DNA of 9,511 nt, taken from contig JBMGUZ010000084.1 in assembly GCA_051530055.1 (NCBI GenBank), forward strand, positions 1 to 9,511, in the 5' to 3' direction. This stretch comes from Neoechinorhynchus agilis. Taxonomy: Eukaryota > Animalia > Acanthocephala. The notes under the pieces were generated by a model. That model made no database searches. It was not told the origin of the DNA and saw only the letters and a program-made list of their open reading frames with translations. Positions 1-8,343 of this stretch are shown piece by piece (position 1 is the first letter of the stretch; each line of letters begins with the position of its first letter). The position numbers and the translations under genes are program-made.

Positions 1-3000
1 ACGCTTAAGGTGCCCTTTAGAAAGTTGTTCGATTTTTGCACACTAAAGATGTTCAGCAAAGGAAACTTCTTGCAGTTTGCGTCTGACTGATTTCCGGTAT
101 TTTTCATTTGATCATTTCCGCGTATTATTAACAAATTATAAAACTTTAACAATAATTAAGAGAAAGTGTCACATCGGATTATGCAAAAGCTTAGATTTAA
201 CTCCAGTATTAAATTTTTCTTTGATTTCTAGTTCCCTCGGAGACTCAATGAGCCAATATCTTCATCGGGAATCGGTTTAGAACCGCTACTTACTGTTTGT
301 TATTAATGGACGCTTAAGGTGCCCTTTAGAAAGTTGTTCGATTTTTTCCCACTAAAGATGTTCAGCAAAGGAAACTTCTTGCAGTTTGCGTCTGACTGAT
401 TTCCGGTATTTTTCATTTGATCATTTCCGCGTATTGTTAACAAATTATAAAACTTTAACAATAATTAAGAGAAAGTGTCACATCGGATTATGAAAAAGCT
501 TAGATTTAACTCCAGTATGAAATTTTTCTTTAATTTCTAGTTCCCTCGGAGACTCGATGAGCCAATATCTTCATCGGGAATCGGTTTAGAACCGCTACTT
601 ACTGTTTGTTATTAATGGACGCTTAAGGTGCCCTTTAGAAAGTTGTTCGATTTTTGCCCACTAAAGATGTTCAGCAAAGGAAACTTCTTGCAGTTTGCGT
701 CTGACTCATTTCCGGTATTTTTTATTTGATCATTTCCGCGTATTGTTAACAAATTATAAAACTTTAAGAATAATTAAGAGAAAGTGTCACATCGGATTAT
801 GCAAAAGCTTAGATTTAACTCCATTATTAAATTTTTCTTTTATTTTCTAGTTCCCTCGGAGACTCAATGAGCCAATATCTTCATCGGGAATCGGTTTAGA
901 ACCGCCACTTACTGTTTGTTAGTAATGAACGCTTTAGGTGCCCTTTAGAAAGTTGTTCGATTTTTGCCCACTGAAGATGTTCAGGAAAGGAAACTTCTTG
1001 CAGTTTGCGTCTGACTCATTTCCGGTATTTTTTATTTGATCATTTCCGCGTATTGTTAACAAATTATAAAACTTTAAGAATAATTAAGAGAAAGTGTCAC
1101 ATCGGATTATGCAAAAGCTTAGATTTAACTCCAGTATGAAATTTTTCTTTAATTTCTAGTTCCCTCGGAGACTCAATGAGTCGATATCTTCATCGGGCAT
1201 CGGTTTAGAACCGCTACTTACTGCTTGTTATTAATGAACGCTTTAGGTGCCCTTTAGAAAGTTGTTCGATTTTTGCCCACTAAAGATGTTCAGCAAAGGA
1301 AACTTCTTGCAGTTTGCGTCTGACTGATTTCCGGTATCTTTTCTTTGATCATTTCCGCGTATTGTTAACAAATTATAAAACTTTAAGAATAATTAAGAGA
1401 AAGTGTCACATCGGATTATGCAAAAGCTTAGATTTAACTCAAAAATTAAATTTTTCTTTAATTTCTAGTTCCCTCGGAGACTCGATGAGCCAATATCTTG
1501 ATCGGGCATCGGTTTAGAACCGCTACTTACTGCTTGTTATTAATGAAAGCTTTAGGTGCCCTTTAGAAAGTTGTTCGATTTTTGCCCACTAAAGATGTTC
1601 AGCAAAGGAAACTTCTTGCAGTTTTCGTCTAACTGATTTCCGGTATTTTTTATTTGATCATTTCCGCGTATTGTTAACAAATTATAAAACTTTAAGAATA
1701 ATTAAGAGAAAGTGTCACATCGGATTATGCAAAAGCTTAGATTTAACTCCATTATTAAATTTTTCTTTTATTTCTAGTTCCCTCGGAGACTCAATGAGCC
1801 AATATCTTCATCGGGAATCGGTTTAGAACCGCTACTTACTGTTTGTTATTAATGGACGCTTAAGGTGCCCTTTAGAAAGTTGTTCGATTTTTGCCCACTA
1901 AAGATGTTCAGGAAAGGAAACTTCTTGCAGTTTGCGTCTGACTGATTTCCGGTATTTTTATTTGATCTTTTCCGCGTATTGTTAACAAATTATAAAACTT
2001 TAGGAATAATTAAGAGAAAGTGTCACATCGGATTATGCAAAAGCTTAGATTTAACTCCATTATTAAATTTTTCTTTTATTTCTAGTTCCCTCGGAGACTC
2101 AATGAGCCAATATCTTCATCGGGAATCGGTTTAGAACCGCTACTTACTGTTTGTTATTAATGGACGCTTAAGGTGCCCTTTAGAAAGTTGTTCGATTTTT
2201 GCCCACTAAAGATGTTCAGGAAAGGAAACTTCTTGCAGTTTGCGTCTGACTCATTTCCGGTATTTTTTATTTGATCATTTCCGCGTATTGTTAACAAATT
2301 ATAAAACTTTAAGAATAATTAAGAGAAAGTGTCACATCGGATTATGCAAAAGCTTAGATTTAACTCCATTATTAAATTTTTCTTTTATTTCTAGTTCCCT
2401 CGGAGACTCAATGAGCCAATATCTTCATCGGGAATCGGTTTAGAACCGCCACTTACTGTTTGTTAGTAATGGACGCTTAAGGTGCCCTTTAGAAAGTTGT
2501 TCGTTTTTTACCCACTGGAGATGTTCAGGAAAGGAAACTTCTTGCAGTTTGCGTCTGACTAATTTCCGGTATTTTTTATTTGATCATTTCCGCGTATTCT
2601 TAACAAATTATAAAACTTTAGGAATAATTAAGAGAAAGTGTCACATCGTATTATGCAAAAGCTTAGATTTAACTCCAGTATGAAATTTTTCTTTAATTTC
2701 TAGTTCCCTCGGAGACTCAATGAGCCAATATCTTCATCGGGAATCGGTTTAGAACCGCCACTTACTGTTCGTTAGTAATGAACGCTTTAGGTGCCCTTTA
2801 GAAAGTTGTTCGTTTTTTGCCCACTGTAGATGTTCAGGAAAGGAAACTTCTTGCAGTTTGCGTCTGACTCATTTCCGCTATTTTTTATTTGATCATTTCC
2901 GCGTATTGTTAACAAATTATAAAACTTTAAGAATAATTAAGAGAAAGTGTCACATCGGATTATGCAAAAGCTTAGATTTAACTCCAGTATGAAATTTTTC

Positions 3001-3090
3001 TTTAATTTCTAGTTCCCTCGGAGACTCAATGAGTCGATATCTTCATCGGGCATCGGTTTGGAACCGCTACTTACTGCTTGTTATTAACGA

Positions 3091-4326
3091 AAGCTTTAGG
3101 TGCCCTTTAGAAAGTTGTTCGATTTTTGCCCACTAAAGATGTTCAGCAAAGGAAACTTCTTGCAGTTTGCGTCTGACTGATTTCCGGTATCTTTTCTTTG
3201 ATCATTTCCGCGTATTGTTAACAAATTATAAAACTTTAACAATAATTAAGAGAAAGTGTCACATCGGATTATGCAAAAGCTTAGATTTAACTCCAGTATG
3301 AAATTTTTCTTAAATTTTTAGTTCCCTCGGAGACTCGATGAGCCAATATCTTCATCGGGAATCGGTTTAGAACCGCTACTTACTGTTTGTTATTAATGGA
3401 CGCTTAAGGTGCCCTTTAGAAAGTTGTTCGATTTTTGAACACTAAAGATGTTCAGGAAAGGAAACTTCTTGCAGTTTGCGTCTGACTGATTTCCGGTATC
3501 TTTTCTTTGATCATTTCCGCGTATTGTTAACAAATTATAAAACTTTAACAATAATTAAGAGAAAGTGTCACATCGGATTATGCAAAAGCTTAGATTTAAC
3601 TCCAGTATGAAATTTTTCTTTTATTTCTAGTTCCCTCGGAGACTCAATGAGCCAATATCTTCATCGGGAATCGGTTTAGAACCGCTACTTACTGTTTGTT
3701 ATTAATGGACGCTTAAGGTGCCCTTTAGAAAGTTGTTCGATTTTTGCCCACTAAAGATGTTCAGGAAAGGAAACTTCTTGCAGTTTGCGTCTGACTAATT
3801 TCCGGTATCTTTTCTTTGATCATTTCCGCGTATTGTTAACAAATTATAAAACTTTAAGAATAATTAAGAGAAAGTGTCACATCGGATTATGCAAAAGCAT
3901 AGATTTAACTCCAGTATGAAATTTTTCTTAAATTTTTAGTTCCCTCGGAGACTCGATGAGCCAATATCTTCATCGGGCATCGGTTTAGAACCGCTACTTA
4001 CTGTTTGTTATTAATGGACGCTTAAGGTGCCCTTTAGAAAGTTGTTCGATTTTTGCACACTAAAGATGTTCAGGAAAGGAAACTTCTTGCAGTTTGCGTC
4101 TGACTGATTTCCGGTATCTTTTCTTTGATCATTTCCGCGTATTGTTAACAAATTATAAAACTTTAAGAATAATTAAGAGAAAGTGTCACATCGGATTATG
4201 CAAAAGCTTAGATTTAACTCCAGTATGAAATTTTTCTTTTATTTCTAGTTCCCTCGGAGACTCAATGAGCCAATATCTTCATCGGGAATCGGTTTAGAAC
4301 CGCTACTTACTGTTTGTTATTAATGG
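3091..4326. repeat. Looser 618-bp dimer (U11-U12 / U13-U14)
   Basis: U11 and U13 both carry CTTAAATTTTTAG and GACTCGATG. U12 and U14 both carry CTTTTATTTCTAG and GACTCAATG, and differ at about 2 sites. All four carry GTATCTTTTC and CCAGTATG. Confidence 0.75.
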
Positions 4327-5638
4327 ACGCTTAAGGTGCCCTTTAGAAAGTTGTTCGATTTTTGCCCACTTAAGATGTTCAGCAAAGGAAACTTCTTGCA
4401 GTTTGCGTCTGACTAATTTCCGGTATTTGTTCTTTGATCTTTTCCGCGTATTGTTAAAAAATTATAAAACTTTAAGAATAATTAAGAGAAAGTGTCACAT
4501 CCGATTATGCAAAAGCTTAGATTTAACTCCAGTATGAAATTTTTCTTAAATTTCTAGTTCCCTCGGAGACTCAATGAGCCAATATCTTCATCGGGCATCG
4601 GTTTAGAACCGCTAGTTACTGTTTGTTTGTTATTTACGCTTTAGGTGCCCTTTAGAAAGTTGTTCGATTTTTGCCCACTTAAGATGTTCAGCAAAGGAAA
4701 CTTCTTGCAGTTTGCGTCTAACCGATTTAAGGTATTTGTTCTTTGGTCTTTTCCGCCTATTATTAACAAATTAATAAACTCTAAGAATAATTAAGAGAAA
4801 GTGTCACATCCGATTATGCAAAAGCTTAGATTTAACTCCAGTATGAAATTTTTCTTAAATTTCTAGTTCCCTCGGAGACTCAATGAGCCAATATCTTCAT
4901 CGGGCATCGGTTTAGAACCGCTACTTACTGTTTGTTAGTTATTTACGCTTAAGGTGCCCTTTAGAAAGCTGTTCGATTTTTGAACACTAAAGATGTTCAG
5001 GAAAGGAAACTTCTTGCAGTTTGCGTCTTACTTATTTCCGGTATCTTTTCTTTGATCTTTTCCGCGTATTGTTAACAAATTATAAAACTTTAGGAATAAT
5101 TAAGAGAAAGTGTCACATCGGATTATGCAAAAGCTTGGATTTAACTCCATTATTAAATTTTTCTTTAATTTCTAGTTCCCTCGGAGACTCAATGAGCCAA
5201 TATCTTCATCGGGCATCGGTTTAGAACCGCTACTTACTGTTTGTTAGTAATGAACGCTTTAGGTGCCCTTTAGAAAGTTGTTCGATTTTTGCCCACTTAA
5301 GATGTTCAGCAAAGGAAACTTCTTGCAGTTTGCGTCTAACCGATTTAAGGTATTTGTTCTTTGATCTTTTCCGCGTATTATTAACAAATTATAAAACTCT
5401 AAGAATAATTAAGAGAAAGTGTCACATCGGATTATGCAAAAGCTTAGATTTAACTCCATTATGAAATTTTTCTTTAATTTCTAGTTCCCTCGGAGACTCA
5501 ATGAGCCAATATCTTCATCGGGCATCGGTTTAGAACCGCTACTTACTGTTTGTTAGTTATTTACGCTTTAGGTGCCCTTTAGAAAGTTGTTCGATTTTTG
5601 CCCACTTAAGATGTTCAGCAAAGGAAACTTCTTGCAGT

Positions 5639-8314
5639 TTGCGTCTGACTAATTTCCGGTATTTGTTCTTTGATCTTTTCCGCGTATTATTAACAAATTA
5701 TAAAACTTTAAGAATAATTAAGAGAAAATGTCACATCGGATTATGCAAAAGCTTAGATTTAACTCCATTATTAATTTTTTCTTTAATTTCTAGTTCCCTC
5801 GGAGACTCAATGAGCCAATATCTTAATCGGGCATCGGTTTAGAACTGCCACTTACTGTTTGTTAGTAATGAACGCTTTAGGTGCCCTTTAGAAAGTTGTT
5901 CGATTTTTGCCCACTTAAGATGTTCAGAAAAATAAACTTCTTGCAGTTTGCGTCTGACTGATTTCCGGTATTTTTTATTTGATCTTTTCCGCGTATTGTT
6001 AACAAATTATAAAACTTTAGGAGTAATTAAGAGAAAGTGTCACATCGGATTATGCAAAAGCTTGGATTTAACTCCGATATTAAATTTTTCTTTAATTTCT
6101 AGTTCCCTCGGAGACTCAATGAGTCGATATCTTCATCGGGCATCGGTTTAGAACCGCTACTTACTGTTTGTTAGTAATGAACGCTTTAGGTGCCCTTTAG
6201 AAAGTTGTTCGATTTTTGCCCACTAAAGATGTTCAGCAAAGGAAACTTCTTGCAGTTTGCGTCTAACTGATTTCCGCTATTTTTTATTTGATCTTTTCCG
6301 CGCATTGTTAACAAATTATAAAACTCTAAGAATAATTAAGAGAAAGTGTCACATCGGATTATGCAAAAGCTTGGATATAACTCCATTATTAAATTTTTCT
6401 TTAATTTCTAGTTCCCTCGGAGACTCAATGAGCCAATATCTTCATCGGGCATCGGTTTAGAACCGCTACTTACTGTTTGTTAGTAATGAACGCTTTAGGT
6501 GCCCTTTAGAAAGTTGTTCGATTTTTGCCCACTGAAGATGTTCAGCAAAGGAAACTTCTTGCAGTTTGCGTCTAACTGATTTCCGGTATTTTTTATTTGA
6601 TCTTTTCCGCGTATTGTTAACAAATTATAAAACTTTAAGAATAATTAAGAGAAAGTGTCACATCGGATTATGCAAAAGCTTAGATTTAACTCCAGAATTA
6701 AATTTTTCTTTAATTTCTAGTTCCCTCGGAGACTCAATGAGCCAATATCTTCATCGGGCATCGGTTTAGAACCGCTACTTACTGTTTGTTAGTAATGAAC
6801 GCTTTAGGTGCCCTTTAGAAAGTTGTTCGATTTTTGCCCACTAAAGATGTTCAGCAAAGGAAACTTCTTGCAGTTTGCGTCTAACTGATTTCCGCTATTT
6901 TTTATTTGATCTTTTCCGCGCATTGTTAACAAATTATAAAACTCTAAGAATAATTAAGAGAAAGTGTCACATCGGATTATGCAAAAGCTTGGATATAACT
7001 CCATTATTAAATTTTTCTTTAATTTCTAGTTCCCTCGGAGACTCAATGAGTCGATATCTTCATCGGGCATCGGTTTAGAACCGCTACTTACTGTTTGTTA
7101 GTAATGAACGCTTTAGGTGCCCTTTAGAAAGTTGTTCGATTTTTGCCCACTGAAGATGTTCAGCAAAGGAAACTTCTTGCAGTTTGCGTCTAACTGATTT
7201 CCGGTATTTTTTATTTGATCTTTTCCGCGTATTGTTAACAAATTATAAAACTTTAGGAATAATTAAGAGAAAGTGTCACATCGGATTATGCAAAAGCTTA
7301 GATTTAACTCCAGAATTAAATTTTTCTTTAATTTCTAGTTCCCTCGGAGACTCAATGAGCCAATATCTTCATCGGGCATCGGTTTAGAACCGCTACTTAC
7401 TGTTTGTTAGTAATGAACGCTTTAGGTGCCCTTTAGAAAGTTGTTCGATTTTTGCCCACTGAAGATGTTCAGCAAAGGAAACTTCTTGCAGTTTGCGTCT
7501 AACTGATTTCCGGTATTTTTTATTTGATCTTTTCCGCGTATTGTTAACAAATTATAAAACTTTAAGAATAATTAAGAGAAAGTGTCACATCGGATTATGC
7601 AAAAGCTTAGATTTAACTCCAGTATTAAATTTTTCTTTAATTTCTAGTTCCCTCGGAGACTCAATGAGCCAATATCTTCATCGGGCATCGGTTTAGAACC
7701 GCTACTTACTGTTTGTTAGTAATGAACGCTTTAGGTGCCCTTTAGAAAGTTGTTCGATTTTTGCCCACTAAAGATGTTCAGGAAAGGAAACTTCTTGCAG
7801 TTTGCGTCTAACTGATTTCCGGTATTTTTTATTTGATCTTTTCCGCGTATTGTTAACAAATTATAAAACTCTAAGAATAATTAAGAGAAAGTGTCACATC
7901 GGATTATGCAAAAGCTTAGATTTAACTCCAGTATTAAATTTTTCTTTAATTTCTAGTTCCCTCGGAGACTCAATGAGCCAATATCTTCATCGGGCATCGG
8001 TTTAGAACCGCTACTTACTGTTTGTTAGTAATGAACGCTTAAGGTGCCCTTTAGAAAGTTGTTCGATTTTTGCACACTAAAGATGTTCAGGAAAGGAAAC
8101 TTCTTGCAATTTGCGTCTGACTGATTTCCGGTATTTTTTATTCGATCTTTTCCGCGTATTGTTAACAAATTATAAAACTTTAGGAGTAATTAAGAGAAAG
8201 TGTCACATCGGATTATGCAAAAGCTTAGATTTAACTCCAGAATTAAATTTTTCTTTAATTTCTAGTTCCCTCGGAGACTCAATGAGCCAATATCTTAATC
8301 GGGCATCGGTTTAG
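5639..8314 (+). other. Nine consecutive copies of the repeat-derived 67-codon TTG-start ORF (probably non-functional); further copies at 77, 1314, 2240, 5021 and 8727
   Basis: Taken from the ORF track; each occupies unit positions 77-280. No recognisable domain. The ORF is broken in about half of the units by TGA/TAA, start loss or frameshift. Confidence refers to these being real genes. Confidence 0.07.
6181..7416. repeat. Higher-order 618-bp dimer repeated twice (U21-U22 / U23-U24)
   Basis: U21 and U23 share private alleles CCGCTAT, CGCATTG, ACTCTAAG and TTGGATAT, and differ only at AGCCAA versus AGTCGA. U22 and U24 share CACTGAAG and CCAGAATT, and differ only at TTTAAG versus TTTAGG. Confidence 0.9.
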
Positions 8315-8343
8315 AACCGCTACTTACTGTTTGTTAGTAATGA

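Noticed and set aside
24-42. tRNA T-loop-like GTTCGATT
   Set aside because: The flanks do not form a T-stem, and no cloverleaf, D-arm or acceptor stem can be built.
230-300. 5S rRNA or U1 snRNA tandem genes (GCCCGAT on minus, ACTTAC on plus)
   Set aside because: Only 6-7 nt match; the remainder shows no similarity to either RNA.
232-305. Twister-like motifs on the minus strand (TAA...GGTTCTAAAC...GAGGG)
   Set aside because: The loop lacks the AAGC element, and the P1 and P2 stems cannot be paired.
1-309. Minus-strand frame reading RYWLIESPRELEIKEKFNTGVKSKLLHNP as a spliced or recoded gene
   Set aside because: It contains TAA, TAG and TGA. The introns needed have weak signals, one acceptor is lost in U11 and U13, and a TAG remains in the supposed exon.
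969-995. Hammerhead ribozyme core (CTGAAGA...GAAA) in units with CACTGAAG
   Set aside because: No stem II forms between the two motifs, and most units read CTAAAGA or CTTAAGA. The minus-strand CCGATGA...GAAA candidate also lacks stem II closure.
1170-1182. Perfect palindrome GACTCA-A-TGAGTC as a regulatory site
   Set aside because: It is perfect in only four units (U4, U10, U20, U23), and nothing nearby could be regulated.
843-1959. Single-T insertion (843-846) and single-T deletion (1955-1959) as biological events
   Set aside because: Each is a one-off in a T homopolymer and cannot be distinguished from sequencing error without reads.
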